Assembly: GCA_964016885.1 (NCBI GenBank)
Contig: OZ024741.1
Span: 113,336,001 to 113,400,000, forward strand
Length of the DNA: 64,000 nucleotides
Direction of reading: 5' to 3'
DNA from: Eledone cirrhosa
Lineage: Eukaryota
The notes beneath the pieces are model-generated. The model searched no databases. It saw only the letters and a list, made by a program, of their open reading frames with translations, and was not told the DNA's origin. Positions 26,904-40,374 of this stretch are shown here, one piece after another. Position numbers and translations under genes: made by a program. How positions within the stretch are numbered: the first letter of the stretch is position 1; the number at the start of each line of letters is the position of its first letter.

Positions 26904-28082
26904 CGAGGGTGGACTGAAAAGGTCATGGGCTGACTATGAAGTTCTGATGCTAGAACTGTGAAATATTGTACGCATTAATTTCAACTCTTCTTATTAATAA
27001 CTGCATTGTTTTATTTCAGGAAAACTGACATCTGACTGCTAAAAAAAAAAATTCAAATGTAACTTGTAGTGACTTCTCTTGAAAATAGACAAAATTTGGC
27101 ATCATGGTGTTACCAAGTACCTGCAGAAAAAAAGGGTTTAGCTGCCAGATGCTCCAGCTTTATCAACAGTGCAAAAGTGGGTAGCTGAGTTTAGGCGGGG
27201 AAGAGAGATTCTTGAAGATGACTCAAGGTCTGGACATCCTGCAACTGCCACCCCTGAAGAAAATATTGATTGTATTCGCCACATTGTGATAGATGACAGA
27301 TGATTGATTATAAATCAAATAGCCAATGCTTTTAGCATATCCTGTGAGAAAGTTGAGAATATTCTGCACAATAAACTTGAAGACAAAGGTTTCTGTTCGA
27401 TGGCTGTTATCTCTTCTGACACCTGATCAAAAGCACACCAGGCTGATCACATCATGGGGAAAATCTGAGTGTTTCTTCATCACTTTGAACCAGAGACAAG
27501 GAGACAATCCATACAGTGGAAACACACCTCACAAAAAGTCATTTCATCTGCAAGGAAAGTGACAGCCTCAGTTTTCTGGGATGCAAAAGGTATTGAGTTT
27601 ATGGACTATCTTCGAAATGGACATACCATTAATGAAGAGTACTATGCCAAAATGCTGAAGCAGTTACAAAAGGTTATCCAGACAAAAAAAAAACGATGAA
27701 AACTGATGAAAGGGGTCTTGTTTCAGCAGGAAAATTCTCCAGCACACAAGTCTTTGGTTTCAATGGCTGCTGTGCGTGACTGTAGCTTTGAACTGGTTGA
27801 TCACCTCCCTATTCTCCTAATTTGAGCCCATCTGACAACCATCTGTTCCCCAACATGAAAAAGAGCTTGGCTGGGAACTAGTATCACAATGATGATGACA
27901 TCATAGTTGCTGATGATGACTTTTAGAACAGAAAGAAAGCTTCTTCACCAATGGGATCCAAGCACTGCAACTGATAGAAGAAATTTGCGGACCACAAGGG
28001 TACTGTATTGAAAATAAACCTCATTTAGTCATATTACATGACACTATGTTGGGCAGCTTATGAACTTTTCAGCCAACCGTCG
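26904..28082 (+). mobile_element. Decayed mariner (Tc1/mariner) DNA transposon
   Basis: TA TSD; TIRs CGAGGGTGGACTGAAAAGGTCATGGGCTG / CAGCTTATGAACTTTTCAGCCAACCGTCG; remnants WVAEFRRGR..EDDSRSGHP, KVTASVFWDAKG, YSPNLSPSD; stops, frameshifts and deletions. Confidence 0.93.
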
Positions 28083-28869
28083 TATTTACGTTTGTGATTG
28101 AGTTAGTGTCTATCTTCTGTAACTTAGCAATTCAACAAAAAGAGATCTATAAGTACCAAACTTGAAAAAAATAAATACTCTGGTTAATAAGACCAGTTAA
28201 AAAATTAAAGAATTTATTTTATAACAAAACTATAGTCCTGTTTACTGTATTATTGTGATCAGCACAGCTTGTTTCAGAATTCACTGATCTATCTCTAGGT
28301 GAAAAACACCTTTGTAGAAAATCATTGAACTAAATAAACTAAATATATTTACAGATTCATGATCTCATCCATTGGTTGGGTGGCTTTATAATAAATCGTT
28401 GATCTGACAATAAATTGATTAGCTGAAAGGTGATTTACAGTTCTAAGATAAATATATAGATGCTATTTAACCCTTTTGATGTCAAACTACCTGATACCTT
28501 TTCTGGTTTTATAATAAGACACTGTTTGTTTTAAAATGTATATATTTATTTAAAAACATTATATCATACTTTTATGTAAGTTGATTTAACTTATGCTTTG
28601 GATGCAAAATATATCATGAAAAAAACTAGTTATATTACTAATTATTTCCATATTCTTGATTATTTTCAAAACTAGTGGAAATACTGCCTTCCAGCCAGTT
28701 TTCTGCAAGTACATGCATGCATATATATATTTGTATATATGCATGTGCATACATATATATATATATATGTATATATGCATGTATTATGTATAATGAATAC
28801 ACACACATACATATATATATATAACCCATGCTAGTGTGGAGGTTAAACGATGATGATATATGTATATGT

Positions 28870-28925
<56 letters not shown>

Positions 28926-30926
28926 TATATATATTATATATTTGATATATATTTATCCTTATCGAGCCCTCTTTGGATTTTAGTCTTCGCATTTATTATT
29001 ATTACTATATATGTATATATACACACACACACACATATATATGACTTCCAGTCATTTATCTGTCTTCGTATGTAGGATTGTAGTCGAAAATAATTTTTTC
29101 TATTTTTTCTTTTTTTGGCTAAGCTACCATGCACCACATTTTATTTTTTTCCTTTTCAGTTGAAGCACTTTTTACGTTTATATATGTTTAATTCATTGAA
29201 AGGTGTGATTCGGCCTGTGTTTACGTTTTGTTGGATCATATGTGAACTGGAATAAATGGTATTAAATTTAATTTTTCCGAAAACTTTAGTGATTTCAAGA
29301 GGTTGACTGAAGAGAATGGACTGTTCATTTTTCCATTGATCTTTTTTTGTCATTGGCTTGTGATGGGCTTTTTGAACACCTCTCCCTCTCTCTCTCTATA
29401 TATATATATACTCTTTTACCTGTTCCAGCCATCCGGCTGAGGCCATGCTGGGGCACTGCCCTTTATATATATAGGGTGTGTAATTTTACATTGAAACTGT
29501 AGAACTTTAAACACTGTATGCTATGATGACCTACTTAGAATTTAGCTTTCTTTGGGGGTAATAAAATGATATAAACCTTTGCTGGTATTTGATTGACCAT
29601 TACTTGACCGGTGACATCAGAGAATATTGCCAAAGTACTGATTCACTTACTTTATCGCTGACCACCAGACAATGCAGATGGGTAAGTCTTGTTTTGTTAA
29701 AAGTTTTGGCTATTCTCTGATTACATGGTTGAATAATTTATGCTTGCATTTTGTATGCTTGTAATTTATATTTGAGTGCATATATTATATTTATTTCATA
29801 TAAATTATGACAATGAGATTTATACCTTTTGCATCACTTTTGGTTATAATATCTTCTGATATCATATTTATAATTGTCATCATGGATTCATTTCACTTAA
29901 TTCTTTATAAAATTGTGTATTTTCTTTATTCTTATATTGGCTTTTAGGTTATGGAATAAGAACTAGACTTATTGTATAACCATTTTGCTCTTTTCTTTAA
30001 TAGCTTAGTCATGAGGGTGCCTGGTTCTTTCAGTGCCTTTGCCTCGCCATCACCCGTAGTAATGCTGCATGCGTGTTGGCTTGCCTCAGCGTGATTATTC
30101 GGCCAATTATCGCAATTGGTGGTGAATTGCACCACCTTTTTTCTCTTTTTTTTTTTTCCCCCTTTATCCTCATTGTTCAATGAATTTATATTATTATATT
30201 TTCATACACAGTTTAGACATTATAGTTGTAATCTACTTCTGAACGAATTGCGAGCAATTTATTATGTTATTTACGCACTTGTAATCTTATTTATGTATAT
30301 ATTTAAAACATATTTGCAATGTTATTCTACTGTAAATTTATACAATTGTAAATAAAAATATTTTACTATTTTCTATTAATATAATATATACTATGAATAA
30401 ATAGATATTATATATTTTTTATTTTACTTTTATTTAATCTTAATGTTTATTTGAAATCTGGGCCTCTCGATGCGCGACATTACATCATCTTGGGGGATTG
30501 TTTGAGGATTTAAAGTCAAGCGTATATGGGAGAGAGTAGAGCAATGCCTATCACGTAATGGGGTTGTAGTCGCTGCAGATAACAATAAATAATATTTAAT
30601 TCTAATCTTATACAGAAACTGCGCAATTTGACGACTGCAGCTTTAAAAAGTCCTTACTCATATTTAGGGGTTGGGGTATATGGATGATGTGTGAGGTAGG
30701 GATTAGGGGGTGCCTTAGCTTTAATATAGACATTTAGTACATCATTGACTTTGTTTTTACGAATGAAATTTTTACGAGTTTGGAATCCGACGGTTTTGTC
30801 CACTAGATGCTTGGTTTTCCGAGTGCGTTGTTTATGTATAGTGCATTCGATGATTGCTTGTTTGTTCTGGGTATGCCTGTCTTTGGATTTGTGTATTTGA
30901 CGATCCTACTTTCCTACTTGCTTGTT

Positions 30927-30976
<50 letters not shown>

Positions 30977-31117
30977 TATATAGGTAGCCGGTAAAATGAC
31001 TCCCAGACAATTTCACTCCCGATTTTAGAAAAAAATGAAACGTTGAAATTCTTCATTATTCGGTTGTTTATTTAAAGAGTTTGAATAGATTACGCAGCAG
31101 GTCCCGGCAAAATAGAC

Positions 31118-31675
31118 AAACATGTTTTTTAAAGTTCGCCACTATGAAGGAACTTGTATTCGTCGGGTATCTCATAACAAAATTGACTCTGAGGGATTGG
31201 ACGGGCACTAACTTTTGCTTGATGCCAGTTCCTTATATTCCGACTTACACACAAAGAGGAGGGCATGTGAGCTATTTCGTTTTCATCAAGCTTTACAAAT
31301 TAATGAACAAGAAGATTCATGGGCGGTAGATGCTTGTGCTTTTAGATCTGCTAAAGTTTTGCGAACTTTGGTTTTTGAAGCACACGAACTTTGATGATGT
31401 TCACCAACGTGCTTAATTATGGTATAAAATTCATCATGACACCTCGAGCCTTACAGGGCTTAATTTCTCATTTCCAGTAAGTTTTAGACTGCTTGTGAAA
31501 AGCTTGATGAAAACGAAATAGCTCACATGCCCTCCTCTTTGTGTGTAAGTCGCAATATAAGAAACTGGCGTCAAGCAAAAGTCAATGCCCCTCCAATCCC
31601 TCAGAGTCTATTTGGTTATGATAGACCCGACGAATACAAGTTCCTTGATAGTTGCAAACTTTACAAAGCATATTT
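31118..31675. mobile_element. Foldback element with ~180-bp inverted arms (MITE-like or Penelope-derived)
   Basis: 31118-31298 is the imperfect reverse complement of 31493-31675. Confidence 0.8.
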
Positions 31676-32046
31676 ATATATATATATTAATTGATTATGT
31701 ACATGTATACGTGTACGTATGTATGAACATACACGTATTTATGTGTAGGTGTGTATATGTGTATGTATGTGTGTGTATATGTGTACATTTATATATGTAT
31801 ATATAATTATATGTATACACACATATATGTATGTGTATTTAGGCGTATACGATCGTATGTGCGTGTGTGTATACGATATGTATATATTTACCTGGTATAC
31901 GTACGTGTGCGCATGTTTATGCGTATGTGCATGAATATGTATGGCGTGCGTTTTCAGGTATGCATGTGTATGTACGTATATATGTGTGTGTATATATATA
32001 TATATGTGTGTGTGTGTATTTGTACTGGCCTAAATCTTAACTATAA

Positions 32047-32358
32047 GGGCGGTGAATCGGCAGTATCGGTAGAGGGTCGGACGTCATGCTTTGACGCATA
32101 GAGTTACGGCCCTTACCATTCTGAGTTCAAATCCCGTCGAGGTTAACTTTGCCTTTCATTCTAAAATAAAGATTATTCTTGGCAGTATCGGGAGAGCGTC
32201 AGACACCATGCTTTGCAGCATAAAGTTACGGCCCTTTATGATCTGAGTGCAAATGCTGCCGAGGTTAACTTTGCCTTTCATCCTCACGGGGTCGATAAAA
32301 TAAAGTACCAGTAATACACTGAGTAATTGCTGGATTTGTGCCAAAAGTAGAAACAATC
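32047..32358 (+). mobile_element. Two family-A SINEs in tandem
   Basis: Match to 126-316. Confidence 0.85.
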
Positions 32359-32387
32359 ATTCTTAAACTCCGGAGCTGAGAATGATT

Positions 32388-32778
32388 CATCATCATCATT
32401 TCATCATTTCATTTTACGTCCACTTTTTCCCTGCTTGCAAGGGTGGGACGGGAACTGATGCTGGCTTGATTTCTACAGCTGGATGCCCTTCCTAACACCA
32501 ACCTCATTTACAGTCAGTGCTGGGTGCTTTTTCCGTGGCGCCTACACGTCCACTTTACAGTGTGGGCTGGGTGCTTTTTTTCCATGGCACCTCCACGACC
32601 ACTTTGCAGTAGAATGATATGGACCCCAGTCCCTATCATCTCATTTCTACAGCTGAGTAAACTGGAGCAATGTGAAATAAAGTGTCTTGCTCAAGGAAAC
32701 AACACATCACCCGGTCTGAGAATTGAACTCACAACCTTTCGATTGCAAGGCCAATGCTCTAAGCACTAAGCCATGTGC
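32388..32778 (-). mobile_element. Family-B SINE
   Basis: Near-identical to 3283-3622 with one extra internal repeat unit. Confidence 0.88.
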
Positions 32779-32824
32779 TCGTTCCCTAAATAAAATATTA
32801 GTCTAATGGCTCTATTTATACCAT

Positions 32825-34943
32825 TATAACAATGTACTGGTGTGTATGAATATAACAAAGACGATTGGTTTGTGTGTATAATATTTAATTAACAATTTGT
32901 GGATATATAGAACAGTATAGTTGACATGTCAATGAATAGATGAAAGAATGAAGCAAAGTTATTAGTTACCGTTTGATTGCCAGGCGAACGCGGCTGGCAG
33001 AAGACGCCTGGCGAAGGCCAGGCGCCGGAAGGCAAATGAGAGAGAGAGAACTTAAAGTTGTTAGTTTTATAGGGTTCTGACCGGAAGTTACAGAAAGGGT
33101 TCTACTTCCTGTCTAGAGAGCGTTAATCTATTGGGGATGTGATGTCACAACAAGGGAGGCAACTCCTGCTACATTATCTCCCGCCAGATTTTTAAAATAT
33201 AAAAATCGAATGAAATATGTATGTAGTAAGTTGGCGAGAATGTTGTAACAGGCATGAAAATTACGAAAAAAAAATAATGTTTGCAAAAATCAATGATAGA
33301 TATCAAGATAGCCAACCGCTCTTGGCCAGAGAACGACTGGACATCTATCTATCCATCACCCAAAGATACAATGTAATAAAGTAAGAGAGCTCAAAGTTCA
33401 AATGTACAAAATATAGTTCACAGGTGTGAAATCACATGACAGCAGGAAAGAAAGTGTGTTCCAGAGAATGAATGCAGGTGGTTTCTGTTCTGTGGTATAT
33501 CGTGAAATTTCTAACCTCCGAATGGATTTTCTCACAGGAAGAGTGCTGCAAAAATAAATTCTCTGGCTTGTTCTGCTGGTTTTGGTTGTTGATGAAGCTG
33601 TGTTGCTGTTGATGTTGTTGTCTCGCGGAGTGAGCGTATTCGATGTTTAAATTCACAGTAAAAAAAATTTTTCAGAAAAAATGAGTTGCGCAAAGTGCTA
33701 GAAATAACAGCCGAAGTTGATGGTCAATGTTGAGAATGCGTTGACCTGGAAGGGTCAAGAGGCCAGCGACCAAAGGAATAAGCATTCTGAATAAATGCGC
33801 AGTTTTCAACGGCAAATTTACGTGGTAAATTTTTAAACCGGCAAATAGGTGAATATAGCTTAAGGCTGGAGAATTCTTGGCGAGAAAAGTTATCCCTGGC
33901 GTGTGGCTATCTCAGTGAATCGAGATATCTCCGTGAGTCGAGAATCCTGTTGCCTACACGTGTCAAAACAAGGTTAAGTCGAAAAAATAATATTTCTAAT
34001 GCGCGAGAAAATGATAGTGCAACAGGTCGTTGGCAGCCATTTTGAAAAAATGTGTGTGTGAAAGTGACAATGATGAAAAAGAAAGAAAGGCTTCACTTAG
34101 TATAACAAATATGGCAAGTTCAATTTTTCTTTTGTGAACGATGAAAAAAACTTGAACGATGAAGAAAACGATGAAAAAAAAGGCAATAGTTGAGATTCAT
34201 CGAAAATAAATGTTCACGTTGAAATGTTTAAAAAAAAAAATCAAATTTCTTTTTCTTTTGTTTGTTTTTTAAGTGTTCGTTGTAAGAAACGAGAAACATA
34301 TATATATATATATATATATATACAGTGAACTGCGACAGTTAGTGGATGCGTGAGGGAAAAAGAGTCTGTCTGAACGAAAATTTCACATGTGCGTTTCTTT
34401 GACTGAGTATTTTCATAGTTTGTCAATAACATTTGCTGTGTATTCGTAATGTTACTCACACAACACCAGATTCTGCTATTTTTTTCTTTTTTCGGTGTCA
34501 CCACTTATAACAATGTACTGGTGTGTATTCGTAATGTTACTCACACAACACCAGATTCTGCTATTTTTTTCTTTTTTCGGGGTCACCACTTATAACAAAA
34601 TACTAGTGTGTATGAATGTAACAAGGAGACGATTGGTTTGTGTGTATAATATTTAATAAACAATTTGTGGATATATAGAACAGTATAGTTGAATTGTCAA
34701 TGAATAGATGAGAGAATGAAACAAAGTTATTAGCTACCGTTTGGTTGCCAGGTGAACGCGCCTGGGCGACGACTCCTGGCGTAGGCCAGGAGCCGAAAAG
34801 GCGAATGAGAGATAGGGAGCTTAACGTTATTAGTTTTATAGGGTTCTGACCGGAAGTTACAGAAAGGGTTCTACTTCTTGTCTAGAGAGCGTTAATCTAT
34901 TGGGGATGTGAGTGTCACAACAAGGGAGGCAACTCCTGCTACA
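32825..34943 (-). mobile_element. Non-autonomous LTR retrotransposon (LTRs 32825-33173 and 34591-34943)
   Basis: ~350-bp direct repeats, CCAT TSD (32821-24, 34944-47), PBS TGGTGACCCCGA (tRNA-Trp type) at 34577-34588, purine tract GGCGGGAGATAA beside the 3' LTR, no long internal ORF. Confidence 0.88.
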
Positions 34944-35240
34944 CCATAAACGTGGTTTGGCTTTTTTGTCTTTGCGTGAAATTGTTCTCTCGCTCAACAT
35001 AACGTTGTATTATATTCGCTTTTCTTCCGTTCATTGCCAGGGGACGTCGCCACGAACCAAAGTATCATCTTCCTGTTTTCCTGGCTGCAACGCTTTTCTA
35101 AATATTTACTTCCGTGTCAAAAGATTGATTTTTTTTAGTTTTAGAAGATCTCGTTAAGGGTGAAAGCAGCGATTTTTTGCTTAAACTTTAATCTGTTATT
35201 TTAATAAATATTTGCTCTATGGTTTTTGTATATATATATA

Positions 35241-35936
35241 TGTAACGGAATATTATGTGTGGTTGTAACGATAAGTGGACGGATGGATGTAACTGTTGGT
35301 ATGGTGGTTTTGATGTAAAGAAAAGTACAAGGATTGTGTTGTTACAAAGTTTATTTTATCATAACAATATTCAATTTGAATATTGGATGATAAAATCAAT
35401 GACACAAAATATTCATACAATAATTTGGTGGCTCTTCGAGTCACGTAAATTCAAGTATCACAGAATACGATTATAATATGTGTAAACAGAAATGAATGGT
35501 GCGTGTAGAAATGCTGAACTCACTATGAATGCGTGTGTGCTTGTATTGCAGGAGTCAGCGATCAGCCAGGAAGGTGAGAATAAGTGGCAGACTGGTTTTT
35601 TCGTGACGAGAGCTTGTAAATGCGACTTGTCTTGTCTGTATATCACTTCTTTTCTATTCGAGGCGTAAACAATCCCTGTATTTATAAGAGTTGAAGTTAG
35701 AAGGATAGATATATCCTCTGAACTTTGGTTAGTCTCCCAAGGGATTAGTTTGTCAAGCGTAAACAAGTCAGAAAGATGGATACATCCTCTGACCTATTTT
35801 CTGTCAGGCGTAAGCACCTCTGACCTGTGTTTAGCCTCTCCCAAGGGGTTAGTCTCTTGAGCGTAAACAAGTTACCACGGCTTGTCCAAGAGGCGGGAAA
35901 GCTCAGATTCGGTTTCGAATCTTCGCCGCCGTTATA
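35241..35936. mobile_element. Probable solo LTR inserted in (TA)n
   Basis: Termini TGTAACGG...CCGTTATA; internal duplicated motif CTCCCAAGGG..TTAGT....AGCGTAAACAAGT. Confidence 0.6.
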
Positions 35937-35995
35937 TATATATATATTATCCTTATCGAGCCCTCTTCGATTTTAGTCTTCACATTTATTGTTAT

Positions 35996-36053
<58 letters not shown>

Positions 36054-36061
<8 letters not shown>

Positions 36062-36310
36062 TTCAAAATATTAATAAATATAGACATTCACGTAATCAAA
36101 ATATATTTTATTATATATATTTCGGAGGTACTGTGTTGTTTTCTCAATTAAACCATCAGCACAGTTGAGGTATGTCATACATCAATTTATATATTTTATC
36201 TTCTGATGAGGATGTATTGAGAAAACAACACAGTACCTCCGAAATATATATAATAAAATATATTTTGATTACGTGAATGTCTATATTAATTAATATTTTG
36301 AATTAATATT
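36054..36310 (+). mobile_element. Penelope-like inverted-repeat module with degenerate hammerhead (core 36203-36244)
   Basis: 36054-36148 is the reverse complement of 36216-36310; CTGATGA-GGATGTATTG...CAGTACCTCC-GAAA (9/10 pairs); same family at window positions 1-85. Confidence 0.65.
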
Positions 36311-36403
36311 AATAACTCCAGAAAACCTTTTACGGTTGAGTGCTTCTAATCTATTGTAAAACTATATTCATTGATTAATCAGTGAACCTTCTTTAACTTT
36401 TGG

Positions 36404-36446
<43 letters not shown>

Positions 36447-36469
36447 CATATATATATATATATATATAA

Positions 36470-36512
<43 letters not shown>

Positions 36513-36789
36513 GATGTGTGTGTGTATGTGTGTACTTAATATATATTAGGGACGTTTTCGATAGTGAATAGACAGTTGGAGCTACAACGGTCTTTTTTAC
36601 GTATATATATATATATGTGTGTGTGTGGAGGGGGTGGGATTTTATATGGCAGTATATAATTGCCAAACTGTATAAATAGCTCAATATGTTTATATATTAG
36701 TTTGAAGGTTAAAGAGAATTCTTTAGGGAGAAAAATGGTTGAAAGGACAGACATAAACACAGACCAAATATAATCAAATATATAGTTGG

Positions 36790-37138
36790 AAAAAAAGTTT
36801 TTAAATCCTTTATAATTCTTTGTTTGAAGGGCTTTATGAAATTTAGCAATTATACATAGAATTATTGACAGAATGTTGTGTAATTCGAATAAGTGATATA
36901 AACAATTTAAATACCATTTAAATCCATACATAACAAACTTTCCTCAGAAGAATTTTAAAATTCTTCTGAGGAAAGCACGTTATGTATGGATTTAAATGCT
37001 ATATATTTAAATTGTTTATATCCCTTATACAAATTACACATAACATTCTGTCAATAATTCTATGTATAAATGCTGAATTTCATAAAGCCTTTGAAACATA
37101 TGTAAAGAATTAAAAATGAATTAAATACTAATTTTTCC
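36790..37138. repeat. ~340-bp imperfect palindrome centred at 36956/36957
   Basis: CTTTCCTCAGAAGAATTTT|AAAATTCTTCTGAGGAAAG with arms pairing for more than 130 bp and no spacer. Confidence 0.85.
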
Positions 37139-37557
37139 GCCTTAACTGACTATAAACACTTGAAAATAACCACCATGGTTCCACAATACAAATCTTGTTA
37201 TTTTAAAGTGTTTATATTTATTTTAAAACCTTCCCTTGTGTTGTATTCCTCTCGGTACTCGCAGAGAAAACACAACGAGTTATATCAAATAATTTGTGTA
37301 TTGTACGAAACAACCAAAACGCCCCTCCTCACAATAGCAGAATAACATAAAGTAAGTAAGTGACAGCAGCAGTCTGTGACCGAGTTTTTAATACCAACGC
37401 TGACTGACTGCCCAGGTCACGTGATTCATATGCAAATGTGTGAGCACTTGTAAATTGAATTAAACGAATTTAACAGTCCATACAACAATGAGGTTGTGAG
37501 TTCGATTCCCAGTTCATACAACACCTCCCCACCAAAATTGATGCGACAAAAGAAGCA

Positions 37558-40362
37558 TCAACAGCAAAGTCTCTCTGGAGGTTTACGAGTTCTCTTGGAC
37601 CGTCTTCGATTGTCTGGTCCATACTCTGGAACGGGCAACAAGGTCTTGGGTCTGGTCTGTTTTGGAGTTAGTGGCACGATTTCCGAGATCTACATCGGGT
37701 GATCTGTTGCAAATTCAAAAACAGTGTCTACTGCATCACCAGGTTCATTGTCTTCCTCAGTAGTGTACCGCGGTTGCAGCTGTTCCCCGTGTCGTCTCCA
37801 CACCGGGCCATGAGGTATGACCTTAACGTTGAAGCAGCGAGTACCCAATGACTTCTTAATGATTGCTGGTACCCATCGGGGATCTTTGTCTCGGCGAGGT
37901 CCGTAGTACAGTGCATACACAGGATCTCCAGCCTTGTACTGCCTGGTAACCTTAGCGACACCTGCCGAGTCCGGAGTCATCTGAGACTTATATGCTTCCT
38001 TAGACTGCTTGCCTTGAGCGATGTGTGCTGGCGAGGGCAGCAGAGAATCAATCCTTGTCCGTATCTGCTGGTGATTCAAAAGTTCACTCGGAGAGAATCC
38101 ACTGGATGTCGGTGTTCTCCGGTACTGCATCAAAAACTCTTGAAGTGCTCGTTTCAGCGGAAGAGAAGTCTTCCTCAGAGCTTGTTTGAAGGTCTGCACC
38201 AAACGTTCCGCTGCTCCGTTGGTAGCTGGGTGGTAAGGTGCTCCTGTTAGGTGCGTGATCCCACGTTCTTTGCACCAGCTCTGGAATTCCTCAGAAATAA
38301 AAGTTGGTGCGTTATCGGTGACTAGCGTGTGAGGAAATCCGAAGTGCGCAAAGTCTTCTTCAAGCAGATCTAAAGTGGCTCTGGAGGACGTGGATGACGT
38401 AGGATGAATGCATGGATACTTGGAATAAGCATCCGTGATCACCAACCAATTACTGCCCATGAAATTTATTGCGTGGTCCAGGTGTAAGCGGCTCCACGGT
38501 TTTTCAGGTAACATCCATGGGTGAACTGGAGACATGGATGGCTGGTTTTGATTTTCACCACACGAATCACATTGTCGACTGGTTTTCTCTATAGCTGCAT
38601 CGATACCAGGCCAATAAACAGCAGTTCTTGCCAATTGTTTCATGCGCTCCATGCCAAAGTGTCCGAGATGCAGAAGATTGAAGATCTTTGGCTGTAAGCT
38701 ATGTGGAATCACAACTCTCGATCCATGGATAAGGCATCCGTGGCAGATACTGAGTAAATCCGATAACTTCCGGAACTTATTGACTTCGTCATTGATCTCA
38801 GTATTCTTTAGTGGCCAGCCTTCACGGACGTAGCGTATCACTGTAGATATCACTGGATCTTTCCCTGACTCTTGACGGAGGACGTTAGCATCGATAGGTT
38901 GGACTTGAAGACTGAGAGCTTTGATGGCGCACACCATGTCCATGTCTTCACCATTTTCCTTCCTGTCAAAGTCGATGTCATTACCAAATGGCAAGCGACT
39001 GAGGGCATCTGCATTGCCATGATCCGCTGTTTTCCGATATTCGATGGTGTAGTCAAACTGGTTCAGCCACAGGGCCCACCGTGCTAGTCGGTTAGCAGCG
39101 AGGAGTGGCGTCCCTTTCCTCGGACTGAACAGTGATGTCAGTGGCTTGTGGTCAGTTACGAGTATAAACTGATGTCCGTACAGATACTGATAGAACTTCG
39201 GCAAGCCAAATATTATGGCCAGGGCTTCCTTTTGAATTTGGCCGTAGTTACGCTGTGCAGAAGTAAGAGTCTTGGACACATTGGATATCGGGCGCTCGCT
39301 TCCATCAGGATAGCGATGAAACAGCACTGCTCCAATACCAACGTTTGACGCGTCGCAAGCCAGTCCCAAAGTTTTGTTTGGATCGAAGTGTATCAGAACT
39401 CGATCCGATGAAAGCACATTTTTCAACTGATCGAAAGCTGATTGTTCTTCATCTCCCCACTTCCAAGTAGTCATTTTTTTCGTAAGGCAATAGAGTGGCT
39501 CTGCCATGCTGGCCAGGTTTGGGATAAACTTTCCATAGAACTGAACTGAACCCAGGAAAGACTTCAAGCTTGAGACGTTCGTTGGAGGTGGCATCTTTAA
39601 AACTGCTTCGACCTTGGATCCCTTCGCGATCCCTTCAGCCAATAAGGCGTGTCCAAGGTATTCCACACTGGGTAGTGCAAACTGGCACTTGTCACGGCGA
39701 CATCTGAGTCCTTTGTCGCACAGACGTGTGAGCAGACACTTTAGGTTGTTCAGGTGATCGTTTGCATCTTTCCCACTGACGAGCATGTCGTCCTGGAAGA
39801 CGGCCACACCAGATAGATCTTGAGTCAGGTTTTCCATGATCTCCTGAAAGTAACCAGGTGCTGACTTGATTCCGAAAGGGAGTCGTTCCTGCAGGAGCAC
39901 CCCACGGTGAGTGCTGAGTGCAAGCCTGCGTTGACTTTCTGGAGCCAGCTTGATCTGATTATAGGCATCAGCAAGATCAATCTTTGTGTATCCGAATCCA
40001 CCTCCGAGCTTCTGCATAAGTTCCTCTGGGAGTGGCATTGGATGACGATGATCTGCAAGTTGGTCATTAATTCCCACAGAGTAGTCACCACAAATCCGTA
40101 GTTTGGGCTTCAGGTTGCCTGAAGTATGTGCTTTACGAATCGGTACCACTGGCGTTCCGTATTCGTTGAACTGTACTGGCTTCCAGATTCCTTTGGCGAT
40201 GCCTTCTTCGTAACCTTTGGCCAGGTCATCACGAAGAGCAAACGGGATCGGGCGTGCCTTGTGAAAGACCGGTGTCGCGTCCGACTTGAACTTCACTTCC
40301 AGTTCGAAGTCATTAAGACATCCCAATTCTTGCTTGAAGAGATCTGGGAATTCATCACACAT
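37558..40362 (-). CDS. pol: Pol: reverse transcriptase, RNase H, integrase (in-frame TAG at 37690-37692 before the probable C-terminus)
   Basis: RICGDY, KIDLADAY, LPFG, FQDD; ACDAS, KEALAI, TDHKPL, ADALSR; HHCC zinc finger and DDE (LDHA, TDNA, GAAER); frame continues to RRSKRTRKPPERLCC*. Confidence 0.95.
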
Positions 40363-40374
40363 GTTGTGACAATC

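Noticed and set aside
30023-30037. Histone stem-loop-like GGTTCTTTCAGTGCC
   Set aside because: Imperfect stem and no histone ORF upstream
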